64,000 bases of DNA from Nitrospirales bacterium (GTDB lineage Bacteria; Nitrospirota; Nitrospiria; Nitrospirales; UBA8639), in assembly GCA_965203295.1 (NCBI GenBank), contig CBDBCZ010000019.1, positions 192,001-256,000 on the forward strand. Reading direction: 5' to 3'. Positions 1 to 31,627 of this stretch are shown here, one piece after another; positions within the stretch are counted from its first letter, which is position 1, and the number at the start of each line of letters is the position of its first letter. The notes under the pieces were generated by a model. That model did not search any database. It was not told the origin of the DNA and saw nothing but the letters and a program-made list of their open reading frames with translations. The position numbers and the translations under genes were made by a program.

Positions 1-5023
<5,023 letters not shown>

Positions 5024-5263
5024 CTTCTCTGTGTGTGAGTCGGCGAAGTGAGATTTGCCGAACCTTTTCACTGGGCTTCCTGTCCCACTTCCGGTCGGAA
5101 GCACGTAGTTGTGGGGGTCCAATATAAAATTGTATAGGACCCCCGCACTAAGTGTGTGCGCCGCGTGGAAAATTATGGATGGGCGTGCGTATAGAGGATT
5201 TTAAGCCTTTCTGAGACGTTCATCTGATACTCATCCTAATCTAGTGTTTATTTTCCGGTAGCA
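5024..5263. promoter_or_regulatory. Probable bidirectional promoter (Vac8-like / Btz protein); similar at 20512-20730
   Basis: Head-to-head start codons 240 bp apart; CpG-rich with ETS-like CACTTCCGG/CGGAAG motifs. Confidence 0.55.
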
Positions 5264-10173
<4,910 letters not shown>

Positions 10174-10618
10174 TGTAACACCATGAAGTGTAATAACATG
10201 TTTTTCATTTTCTTTATTGCATGTATAATATGCCACGCAACTGTACATTGTCATGCTTACCATATGCATTTTACGTACATGTATACTATTATGTTTAAAT
10301 TGGCATGCATGCGTACTACCAGTACATATACATACCAATGACTATATTACACATATCATGATTGTACTTCTAATACCTGTACACGTGTACCATGGAGTAT
10401 GGCTACATACTGCATGCATGTATAATGATTGCACATGGCCTACGTACACAAAAGCATGGATGACATGATCGTGTAATTGCATATTATGTGCATACATACA
10501 TTATGTGCACGGTTAAAATGCCATTTCAATAGAGTGCTCTTTTTTGTACTTTTGTAGATATAAGTCAGAACTGCATTGCTCAACGAGGGAAAGTGTTTTG
10601 CTAGAGATGCCCACACCA

Positions 10619-13029
<2,411 letters not shown>

Positions 13030-13172
13030 TTTGTACTTTGGGGTTGATTCGGAACGGGACTCCGAATGGAACGGAATAGACTCATGCCCAGAACAGCCTC
13101 CAAGTAGCTCTCATCAGTCGAGGCTAGCGCATCAGTCACTTGCATAAAAGCAGCACTGAAAGTACCCTCAGT

Positions 13173-13292
13173 GCCTACGGCCATACCACGCTGAACACAC
13201 CGGTTCTCGTCCGATCACCGAAGTTAAGCAGCGTCGGGCCTGCTCAGTACCTGGATGGGTGACCGCCTGGGAACAGCAGGTGTTGTAGGCTT
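13173..13292 (+). rRNA. 5S rRNA
   Basis: GCCTACGGCCATACCAC...CGATCACCGAAGTTAAGC...GGATGGGTGACCGCCTGGGAA...GTTGTAGGCT followed by an oligo-T Pol III terminator. Confidence 0.98.
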
Positions 13293-13309
13293 TTTTTTTT
13301 TTTCTTTTT
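13291..13309 (+). terminator. Pol III oligo(T) terminator of the 5S gene (mirror copy A-run at about 15659-15677)
   Basis: T-run immediately after the 5S 3' end. Confidence 0.85.
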
Positions 13310-14167
13310 GCTTTTTTTTCTCGCTTTCATTTATGTAAGGCCTACACATGTAGACGCGACGGTTTTTAATCTAACGTGGGCCTCTATCTATCCCACGCAC
13401 CTTACTTGCATCAAGTTGCATGCTCTTCTCGCAGCTCGCGGGCCAGCCTGCTGCTCTAGGCGGAAGTGGGCTGGCCGGCCCACGAGGATATATCGATATG
13501 GGATGTACGTAGGAGGTAAGCTTAATATTGCATTTCCGAACCAGACCTAGAGGGCTGATCTCGCTTCACTGGAATCGCTTTGAAGAGGTTAGACTGAGGA
13601 GATCCAGAGATATAGGAGGTAATTCTGTGTCTATGTCTCAGTCTTCAAGAAAGAGAATGGTTTTGCTTTAATAGCCTCGTCGCGAGGCTAGGTTTGGCTC
13701 TACATGCACGCTAAAAGGTCACTTGATCATGGTAACCTCGCGTAGCCAGCTCCTCCTGCGAAGGGCTGGCTGCGCGAGGCTTGACCCATCTTCAAGTTGT
13801 TCCCCCTCGCCCAGCACCCAAGATTATATTCATGTAGCTAGCTTTATAGCTGTGTTATTATTATTTTATTTTGGTTTGCTGCTGCAAGGTCTATAATATG
13901 CAAACTGCTTCGTTATAGTTTTACTTTAATAGCTATAGGTATTGAAGTAAAATTAAGGTGTCCTGGCTCAATCGAAGGACTATTTCAAATGCGGACTCCT
14001 TAAAATTATCTCCATGCAGTGGGAATAGGGTCTAGTTCCTATACTATGACACACATTCAGCACAATATAGCTATTATGGAGGACATGCTTCTTATATATC
14101 TTGCTGCACTGTATATATACATTTCATAATTCTTGTTTACTAGCTACATCATTGAGAACCTGCAACT

Positions 14168-15025
14168 ATGTCAGCAAAACTACCCCACAACATTGTAAAT
14201 GGGGTTGTGTTTCCTCCCATGGTCACGCAACAGCATATGGACGAGCTGAAAGACTTCGCTCTCCGTCCAGATGATGTAATGATATCAAGCTTGCCTAAAG
14301 CAGGTACCACATGGCTGCGGCAGATCATAAAGCTCATTCGGACCAACGGGAAGGAGAGCGGGGAAAAGCTTCCAGACGCCATTCCAGGAATAGAAACAAA
14401 CCACAAAGGATTTTATTGGGTTGATATCGACAACATGCCCAGTCCACGCATCATAAAGACGCATGTTCCCTACCAGATGACTCCTGGAGGGCTACCTCAT
14501 ACCACCGGTGTGAAGTACATTTACGTTGCACGGAACCCCAAGGACCTGGCGGTGTCTTTCTACTATCACGTTCGTGGGTTCAAACATCATCACTTCACTG
14601 GTACATTCAGTGAATACCTCCAGCTCTTCATTGAGGGGAAAAATGCCTTTGGCTCTTGGTTTGACCATGTGCTGGGGTGGTGGCAACACAAAGACAGTCC
14701 GAACATCCTTTTCATAAAATACGAAGACATGAAGAAGGACACTCCATCGGTTATTAAAGAAATTTCCGATTTCATGGGTTGCAAATTAGAGGCTGAAGTG
14801 ATTAAACAAATTGCTGAACAAGTACAGTTCGAAAGAATGAAAGATAATCCTGCGGCTAATTTCTCCTGGATGGCGGCTGACCGCATACCCAGTGAGCCAC
14901 CGTTTATGAGGAAGGGAGTAGTGGGTGACTGGAAGAATCATTTCACAGCGGAGGAATCTGCCATGTTCGATGCTTTGTACTCGGAGAAAATGAAGGGCAG
15001 TGGACTGGAATTTGATTTTGAGTAG
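14168..15025 (+). CDS. Cytosolic sulfotransferase (SULT1-like), CDS intronless
   Basis: 285 aa. 5'-PSB SLPKAGTTW, PRIIKTH, 3'-PB RNPKDLAVS, FMRKGVVGDWKNHFT. Possible 5'-UTR intron (GGAG|GTAAGC at about 13516, acceptor TAG at 14143). Confidence 0.96.
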   Translation: MSAKLPHNIVNGVVFPPMVTQQHMDELKDFALRPDDVMISSLPKAGTTWLRQIIKLIRTNGKESGEKLPDAIPGIETNHKGFYWVDIDNMPSPRIIKTHVPYQMTPGGLPHTTGVKYIYVARNPKDLAVSFYYHVRGFKHHHFTGTFSEYLQLFIEGKNAFGSWFDHVLGWWQHKDSPNILFIKYEDMKKDTPSVIKEISDFMGCKLEAEVIKQIAEQVQFERMKDNPAANFSWMAADRIPSEPPFMRKGVVGDWKNHFTAEESAMFDALYSEKMKGSGLEFDFE

Positions 15026-15675
15026 AGTAGTCCATATAGGACACCTCCATTTTATGATATTTTTGCTATCTAGCCAGCTAAACATTAGACTAAGGATGTG
15101 TGTATATTATTATTTAGGGATTGCGATTTTGTACAATTATAATTATATTCATTCGAAGTTAGTAACTGAGTTTTATTATTGTGTGTTGCACCACTGTGCA
15201 CATTATGCATTTTAAATTTGGTGGCTATGAGCTCGAGGGCTGTTGCCATCTAGGGGAGCAGGCTGCAATCAAAGATGGTTTTCTCCGTGCATGGGAGCCA
15301 CTTGGTAGCTAGTATAGCTACATGTGTAGACCTAGAGACTTCTAGTGCGCATGTGCATGAAACTTCAAGTTCAATCAGCTAGTCTACATGCAGGGACAAT
15401 GAGGGCTAGCGCTGGATGGGTGCTGAGCTGAAGATGAGCCTCCAGTGTCTATCCTGGTTGTGGTTATCTTGTTTTGGTAATAGTTGTGTTAGAGGTAGAC
15501 TTATTAAATTGGAAGCACATGGACTCCTATTATATCCTAGGCCTGGATGAGTGATGAAGAGAGAGAATTCGAAGCGGCAAAAAAAAGGAAAAAAGAAACC
15601 ACCACCTCCTGATCCTATGTTTTGTTTTAGCTATATTATAGCCGAGAGTGGCGTTAGTAAAAAAAAAAAAAAAAA

Positions 15676-15795
15676 AAGCCTACAACACCTGCTGTTCCCA
15701 GGCGGTCACCCATCCAGGTACTGAGCAGGCCCGACGCTGCTTAACTTCGGTGATCGGACGAGAACCGGTGTGTTCAGCGTGGTATGGCCGTAGGC
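15676..15795 (-). rRNA. 5S rRNA (identical to the copy at 13173)
   Basis: Exact reverse complement of 13173-13291. Confidence 0.98.
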
Positions 15796-15994
15796 ACTGA
15801 GGGTACTTTCAGTGCTGCTTTTATGCAAGTGACTGATGAGCTAAAAGCTTGAGATTTATGCTGAAACGATATTTAATTTACCTGCTTCAAATTCGCAATC
15901 ATACTGTACACGCTAAGTACATTATTATCATAAAACTGCAATAATAATAATATTAATACAAATACAGTGATGGATATAATTGCAAGTGTAGTTG

Positions 15995-18900
15995 CTAGAT
16001 TCTCTTGGTGCCACACTCGCAACAGTACTTTGCCTGAGGCACCGGAAACTTAGATCCACACTCATAGCAATACTTAGACATGGTCATCCCGTGAGCGTTG
16101 AGAGGGACACCCCGATTGATTCCCGACATCGATCCCTGACTCGAGTCACTCCCGACCCTTTCCCGTCCGTGGCTGTCCGAGGAACAGTTTCTACTGAGCC
16201 TGCGATGATGAGTGAACGGATCAGCAGAGGTGAGGGGACCATGTTGCCTAGGAAACAACAGAGTAAGAGCTAGAAGGAACCACTGATTCTACCAACCCTA
16301 TTACATGTTCACGTACATAAGTACGGCATCTAATGTAGATGCCAGGTGCTTGGGGCTGCCCTTTAATACATGTACATGTATCTGCAGTGGGCTGGGGTAA
16401 GCCCTTATTATCCCCATGCTAACTATTTTCAAAGTCAAGTAAAATTACTCCTGTGGTGGGCAATGAAGTCTCCTAACCCTAACTCTAACCCTAACTCTAA
16501 CCCTAACCCTAATTATAAACCTAATCCTAAATACCTAAATAAACCTAACCCTAACCCTAAATTTAACCCTAACTTCCTAAGGTCACGCTAATTGAAGTTG
16601 CATTCAGCTTTGCCCTGTCCAATTCTATTGCAATTCCTCTAATACATCACTCATTTCAAAATTTCCCTGTCGCCTACGATGTATGATGTACGGGAGCTTA
16701 GAAATGCCATGCCAAAGTCAAGCAACGAGGCAGCCCCAAACCTGCTGTGCATGCCTCATTAACGCTCCTGTCCTGTTTGGAGCATCTTGTTCATAGCTTT
16801 ACCTTCCTCGTGATTCCCTCCTCGTCTGAGTAGCCACCAACTGCTGCCGCTGCGTGTGCCGGGAGTCCACGTCGCTCTGTGGGGACGACGACCTCTCACT
16901 ACCACCACTGGACGCAAACCGACCCTTCCCGTCTCTTCCTATCCTACGCAAGTCCGTGCTGCGTGCGTCCAAGTCTTGTACGTGGCCATTGGGAACTTCT
17001 CCATTGTGTCTGTGTCCACCAGTATCCTCCTGCTCATCCGAAGAGTACTCATACAGCCGTCTCGAAGTCGAATTTCTTACAACGATGCCCCTAGTCGTGC
17101 TGACGCTCGGGACTCTAGTACCGGTGCCACTGCCACCGAATGGAGGCTTCCTTCCAAAAGCAGTCTGTTCTGCAGTCTCTTGATTCTCCGCCCCTGAGAC
17201 GTTCCCTCCCCTCCTACTGAACGAAGTCTGTCTCCTGATGGCAGGTGCCGGTCCGCTGGGTGGCTGCGGATATTTGTGCGTGCCGGGAGTATTCCCAGGA
17301 AGATTTCCGGCTCTTATGCCGCTGACGATTCCTTTGGCGGTGGTACGAGTCGCTGTCATGGCAGCGGGACCACTAGGCTGTCTCGTTCTGGTACTGACCC
17401 TGGTATTGGTCCGAGGGATCGAGCCGGCTCTGGTGGGATATCCCCCGGCAGTTCCGTCAGTCGGCTGTGCCCCATCCACCACGGTGTAGGTGCCACTGAA
17501 GTTGGTGTTTCTTGCCACCAGGTTCGCACCAGGTGGGACCTTAGTCTCTCCCTGATTTGTGCCGGAGCGCTTTCGAGGCATCGGAGGCTTGTACTGCGGG
17601 AAAAAATAAAAAGCAGTGTTCTCTTTGGGAGAAGGGTGTGCTACCACGTAGGGACATGAATTAATCGACACTAACCTGCATCCTCTTGCTGAAACTCTCC
17701 TTGGTTTACTAACCAGCACTAACTAACCTATACTAAGTTACTAACCATGAATTAACTGACACTAACCTGCATCCTCTTGCTGAGACTCTCCTTGGTTTGA
17801 TAACTTGTACTAACTATGAATTAACCTCCACTAACCTGCATCCTCTTGCTGAGACTCTCCTTGGTTTACTAACCAGTACTAACTATGAATTAACCTCCAC
17901 TAAACCTGCCGAAGCTCTCCTTGGTTTACTAACCCGTACTAACCATGAATTAACACTAACCTGCATCCTCTTGCTGAGACTCTCCTTGGTTTACTAACCA
18001 GTACTAACTATGAATTAACACTAACCTGCATCCTCTTGCTGAGACTCTCCTTGGTTTACTAACCAGTACTAACTATGAATTAACACTAACCTGCATCCTC
18101 TTGCTGAGACTCTCCTTGGCTTTGGAGGAGGCCTTCCTGTCGATCCTCGAGGTCATCTCCTTGCAGAAGGGGATGTGTCGCTCGGCGGCCGACTCTTGGA
18201 ACTTCCGCTGGCAGTGGGGGCACTCGACATAGTCTGGATTGGGGGCGGAGGGCTGGTAGGGAGGGAGGGGGGCTCCTGTGTGTGTGAGTGTATGAGTGTG
18301 AGTATGTGGTTTACTTCATAAAATAAACACACTTTACCAGTTAGCCACAGAGAGAACAAAGTGACTTGAATAAATGCACAGTGTGAACTTATTTGATGCC
18401 AGTACCAGTAAGAGTGAGTGCGTCCTTGAATAAACGCACACGTCCTTGATTAAACGCACATGTCCCTGAATAAACGCACATGCCCTTGCCTAAATGTACA
18501 TGATGCATGCTACCTCCAGGAGGAGTGGTGTTCACCAACCTGCCACCCAAAATTGCAAAGACACCACGTCAGTATTGGGCCACTGATTTAGCAGCAGAAC
18601 GAGGTCCGCCGCTCCCTCCTGGAGGTACAAACTCACCAGACTTGACGGCTTCGGTGACGGTTCTGGCAGCCCTGATGGACTGGATGAAGGTCTCGTGTTT
18701 CCTCCTCCAGTCGGACCTCTTCTTGGCAGCAGCAGCTTTCTGGAGGAAAATTATTGGGGCCTAATCTTAAGGACATTTGCTTCTTGCACCCTTTATCGCA
18801 TGCGTAAGATTGCTAGCAACAAAATTATTCCCATAACAAGCACTGACTAGGCTGTAGTACAAAGTCCTTGAATAATAAGGACACTATCACCTTTTTCATT

Positions 18901-20511
18901 TTAGTTGGCAAAATAAAACTGAAACTAAACTTTATGTAAAGCCATACTAAAACAACACGCCTAAGTTCTCACACACAATGTCATGCGTGCATGGGCACAC
19001 AGGCAGTCATGTATACAGAGGTTTGCAAATTGATTGTCCTCAACAAAAAGCAAATAGGCAGTGGCTCTCTAAGTACTTAATTAGGTTAAGCTGAGACTAA
19101 CAGTTTACACAGTTTCTACTATCAGCTTCCATTTTGCCTATTGCACTGGACAACCAACCTGCACACCTCTGTACCTCGTCCACCTCACCTGCTCTGAAGT
19201 GGAGGGCCTGTTGCCCCTCCTGTTTGCCTTCATGAAGGCCTCTATCTCGGTCCCCGCAATCCTGTGCTTGGCCGTGTCGAACGGTTTCCTCTTCTCGGCG
19301 TTCCGCTGGCTCTTGCTGCAGATGCGCTCGTGGCGAGGCTGGGAGGGAACAACAGCGAAAGCTATTAGTGTCATGATCAGCATTTACATGCAGGAAAGTA
19401 TGCTCGATAGAACTTAGGGTTAGGGTTAGGGATAAGGGTTAGTAAGTAAGTAGGGTAGGGTTAGGGTTAGGGTTTAGAGGTTAACTGTTGGGTTTAGAGC
19501 GAGCTGCATTGCGTCAGTATCGAGATATAGGCTGGTGCATTGTCCACGCATGTGGACTTATGCACTAGCCTGTATCTTGATAATGCTGCAACCATAATGG
19601 TTGACATTATTATATGCTCCTGCTGCAATGCAGCATAGTAGGGCCTACCCTAGCCCAACCCTAACCACAAAAGTGCCTATTGGTTTGGCAGGAAGTCAGT
19701 TAGTGTTAGGGCTAGGGCTAGGGTTATGGTAGGGTCTAAAGGCTGGGTTTAGAGCTAGTTGCGTTGCGTCAGTATCGAGATACAGGCTAGTGCATGAGGG
19801 TGCATGTGTGGACATTGCCCATTCAAATTTATACCACATTACATCATCTACAATAAAAATGATTGGCTAAAAAGTATGGGTTACATAGTTTCATAACTTA
19901 CACTTTTATCAGTTCGCTACGTTGCTACGCAGCGAAGATTGTACGCATGCGCAACGTGGTATAAGTCAGATAGACCACACCCACTCGTGTGTTATGCGCT
20001 ATAACCCACTTGTTTACATTTATCCCTCGGCTTCGCCTCGGGATAACCGCAAACTCGTGGGTTACATAGGCGCATAACCCACTCTTTGGTGTAGTCTATC
20101 CTATACGTATGTACTTCCTGCTCACATTCAAATCTCTTCTCTAAGACTGAGGATATAGTATTGGAGGCCGTCCGATACATGTAGCAGGACTAGGGTGCAA
20201 TAAATGGCTGTAAAATTATGTCAACTGGTCAGTTAAATTATGAGAAACTGAGGGGGACAAACAAAACTGCGACAAGCAATGGCCTACCAAGACATCCGGG
20301 TTGAATGTACGGCCACATATGCCACATGGAGCAAAATCCAAAGGCTCTGGGACAGTAGAGTCTAAACAGGAGAAAGCAACACAGTTGATCAGAGAGCTAA
20401 TAAACTCCTAAGGGTCACATGTATGTCTATAATTCTTCCGAAATGTTGTAGTCTCATGATATGCTATGTCCAAGAAGTCTTTAAACATTGCAGCTTACCC
20501 GTCTCTTCCAT
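15995..20511 (-). CDS. ZC2HC1: Zinc finger C2HC domain-containing protein 1 (ZC2HC1A-like)
   Basis: Exons 20511-20499, 20361-20288, 19338-19189, 18739-18637, 18275-18091, 17593-16803, 16247-15995. Motifs CGICGRTFNPDVL|PRHERIC, SDWRRKHETFI, DYVECPHCQRKF..AAERHIPFC and C-terminal KYCYECGSKFPVPQAKYCCECG. Confidence 0.92.
17669..18119. repeat. Tandem array (~65-90 bp, about 7 units) of the ZC2HC1 exon-5 end plus its splice donor
   Basis: CACTAACCTGCATCCTCTTGCTGAGACTCTCCTTGG repeated; on the minus strand each unit reads ...AGGATGCAG|GTTAGTG. Confidence 0.92.
19016..19171. mobile_element. MITE family B copy (TIR CAGAGGTTTGCA.GTTGGTTGTCC, TA TSD), intronic
   Basis: Homologous to 32051-32213 and 59592-59759. 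Confidence 0.88.
19968..20102. mobile_element. Palindromic non-autonomous repeat with central CCTCGGCTTCGCCTCGG
   Basis: GATAGACCACACC..TTATGCGCT..AACCCAC is mirrored by GTGGGTT..AGGCGCATAA..GGTGTAGTCTATC. Confidence 0.6.
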
Positions 20512-20730
20512 ATTGAGCGCTGATCGGCCTTTAGAACACGACTATGATTCACAAAACACAAAGATTTGGTCTGCGCACGGCAAAGTAACAAACAATCTCC
20601 TTGGAAACGACCTTTGACCTAGCCGTTTCAGACCCGCGCGCCGCCTGCACATTTGCAGCTGCCAGCTGGATATTTTAATAGTACAAGATGCCTGACCTTC
20701 TAGAAAAAGACTACTCTGGAGATAAGCCTC

Positions 20731-28193
<7,463 letters not shown>

Positions 28194-28354
28194 TCACCTC
28201 TCTATTCATTATCAAAAAAAAATATTAGTGTTCGTATATTGCTGTGGGTGGGGCTCATAACCTACACGTGGGCGTAGTTAGCGGTTTGCACTTTGACCTT
28301 CAAGGGTCCACACACGTGGTGACGATCGACGTTTCATATTATTTTATTAAAATC

Positions 28355-31160
28355 ATGGCCTCCAAAACCGGGCCAGCCACTTCGCGGAGCGGCGTCCCAG
28401 TCACTCCGGCGCCAGCCACTCAGCACAGACCCCCCTCGGCGAAGAAGAAGCGGTTGGCGGAGGACAAGGCGGAGAGTTACTACCGCGTGGGGCTGATAGG
28501 GTCGGGGAACCTGGCCAGGGCTATCGTGGAGGGTCTGCTGGCTTCAGGTACGTTTTAGTAGAGCCAGGTTTCAGATTAGTCTCGTTTCCAGTCCCTCCAC
28601 GCACGGGAGATGCGTGGAGGATCTGGGAACGAGACTAGTTTCAGATACACCTATTCGTAAGTGACCATCATCATGAATATTAAAACTAGATTATCCCTTT
28701 CATTCATTCATAGGGCAGATTGGTCCATCCCACATTACAGCCTCTGCAACCAGTGAAACGTCAGAAAACTTGAAGAAAATGAAGGTGACTCCCAACCTAA
28801 TGAGTAGTATGGCTTCAAGAAATTGGATTTAGTTGACTTTAAAGAGGGAAAGTTTAGTCTAAAACACTTCTATAGTAGTTGTTAACCATATAACTGACAG
28901 GATTATTTTAGTTGTAGTTTATTCCTGCCCTTGAATTTTTAGTTTACTTCTAGTTTTTGCTCCTACTTATTCTTTTTAGTTTCTACTAGCACAACACTAA
29001 ACTTAACTACACAGGTCACCCCACCTTGTATTAGTAGCTACACTCCTGGCTGTATTTACCCAAATAATCTTTTTTCTTCTGCTTGCACAGTCATTCGGTG
29101 TGACTGTAACCTGCCACAATCGCGACGTAATCTTCAATTCGGACATCATCATAATCGCAGTGAAACCACACCAAGTGCTAGATGTAATGACAGAGATCCA
29201 GGCAGCCCACACTGAAGTACACTCCGTCTCCCAAGCCTCCACTCCAAAGAACCTTCGTCCGCTGATCGTGTCTGTGGCTGCTGGCATTACTATTAGCGAT
29301 ATGGAACAGAAGGTTTGTGCTACAGCTTACCAGTAGGTGATATACCAGGCTAGAAGAGAAGTAATGCACCGTTAAGGGTGTCACATAGACCTGTTTTTGC
29401 TTGGGTCAGTCTATAGCCTTGTTCCTAGGCTTCTGTCCAAACGAAGGTCAATCACATGGATATAGTTATACAGGATATAGGTGGCCAGGTGGGAAGGGGC
29501 GCATGCAGGATTGAGATAAATGAGGGAACTAGAAGTACTTTATATTTTCCTCTTTGTTCATTCCTCCCTCCTTCTTTCTCACCGCCCCACAGACGGAAAT
29601 CTCCTGGAACATGGGAGGCTCTGCTATCACTGGTCACGTTCCGCTGATACGCTGCTTGCCTACCCTTGGGTGCTGTGTTCGAGCTGGGGTGACTGTTTAT
29701 GCCAGGGGAAGATTTTGTAACGACTCCGATACGACCCCTTTCGTGACAGTGTTTTCACTCATTGGGCACTGTGAAGAAGTGCTGGAGAAATACATCGATA
29801 CCTTTGCAGCCTATGGCAGTGCCGTTGCTTTTGTAAGCAAGTCTGATGTACCACTACTGTCACTACTGTGACTACTGAAAACCGTAGCATCATGTAGCAA
29901 TATCTTCTTTTGCTATGCATGCAAGCGAGTGATAGAGTGAGGTTGAAGTATGTATGGTTGAGGATGTGTCTTGCCCCTAACCTTATGATGTTTGCTGCGT
30001 CTCTGATATAATACGCAGTGGCCTTTTATAGCCGTGCACATTTGTAGCCTATAGCCTGTAAGCTCCTGCAGAATGTTTTATGGGTCAAAAGACATATCCC
30101 CTAAACCCACCCAGCGCTACTAGAAATCTTTCCCATGTTCTAAGCATGTAGCTTACTTCATAGTTATAGGTATAAACTGTTGTTCTTCCAGATGTCCATT
30201 GCTGTGGAGGCTCTGGCAGATGGTGGAGTGTTGGCAGGGATCCCAAGACCCATGGCACAGAGAATATCAGCACACACCATGATTGTGAGACCCTGACTGT
30301 TGGTAGAGCACTGTATGCATGGTTCTATAGTTATCATACTCTGGGTACATGTATATAGTGTGCATTCTAGTGTGTCAGAATAATGTTTTACTGAAGTACC
30401 ATTAAATTTTAACTGCTTAATTCACAGAGTGCAGCAAAGATAATCTTAGAAGGAAAGAAGCACCCAGGTGAGGTAAGTATTAACCAGGATGGTATGGAGG
30501 AAGCAGACAAAGGATTCAATTAAGTGGCTGTGTGTTTGTGTAGTGTGGTTTTATCTAATTCGGTTTCAGTGACCTGACTGACCCAGCATATGGTACATGT
30601 ACAGTAATCAGTCTTCAACTGACCCAGCATATGGTACATGTACAGTAATTAGTATTCATTGCAATGACATTTTTGAATAACTATACTGATGCTATAAAAC
30701 TGTTGCATAAGTACAGAAAAATATGCATTGGCGGGAAGAGTCAAGCCCACTGGAATTGAATTGTACAAATAATGTGCAAACAAGATTACCATTTGCGATA
30801 ATAAAGTGGAACCCCTTTAATGGGAACTCTTTGGAGGACCTGGTAAAGTGTCCTATATAGAGAGGTGTCTTCATTTCTGGGGTAAATTTATCCTGAGGAT
30901 TGGGACATCTCAAAGTGCCAGAGGTGTCCTTAATTCAGGGGTGTGGGTTCCACTGTATATACTTGTGTCTGTTATGCTGTTTATTACAGTTTTCCAGTTG
31001 CTTACAAAATATAATTTCTCATCAGGTGAAAGACGCAGTCTCCTCCCCCGCTGGTACCACAATACACGGGATCCAGGTGCTGGAAAGAGCTGGCTTCCGC
31101 TCAGCACTCATGGATGCCTTAAAGACGGCCAAGGATAGGGCAGAACAACTTAGACAGTGA
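28355..31160 (+). CDS. PYCR: Pyrroline-5-carboxylate reductase-like, divergent paralog A
   Basis: Exons 28355-28547, 28714-28784, 29091-29312, 29593-29832, 30192-30284, 30428-30472, 31026-31160. Motifs GLIGSGNLA, IAVKP, IVSVAAGI, EALADGGV, VSSPAGTTI. Confidence 0.9.
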
Positions 31161-31627
31161 CTGCTACTCCCAGTGATTATTGTTTTGTTATATCGTTTGC
31201 TTACTCGAGCGAGTTCTGACTCTTTACCGTTATATGATGTAATGGGGATGAAAGGAGACACTAAAATTAATGTCATGAAATTTGCATGTTTTTTGTGTTT
31301 TATATCAAACATGCAAGCACAAAAACGCACGTTTCCATGTCACTTAGTGCCTACTTTTCCATAAGCGGTAAAGAGTCTATTACCCACGTTCAGGTTTTAA
31401 CTTGGGGACGAGGGTTAGTGGGTGGGGCTAGTACGTGTGCACGTGGTCGTAATCAGCTGATCGCGAAGATGACCACGGTACGGTGCGTATAGTGTGCCTA
31501 CTACAGCCATAGCTACGCTATGTATGTATAAGTATAGTATACACCATATACCACTCCAGGTAGCTGTGAACACCAACACCCAGCAGTAAACGGATTGACG
31601 ATAGCTGTATCGTGAGTTCACCGCATT

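Noticed and set aside
13173..13292. 5S-derived SINE or retropseudogene
   Set aside because: Full length with a terminator, and 43 bp of untranscribed upstream sequence is shared by both copies.
14168..15025. Bacterial contamination for the intronless genes
   Set aside because: Eukaryotic SULT1-type motifs, and contiguous with spliced genes and eukaryotic 5S rRNA.
16472..16575. True telomere or chromosome-fusion scar
   Set aside because: Short, degenerate and intronic.
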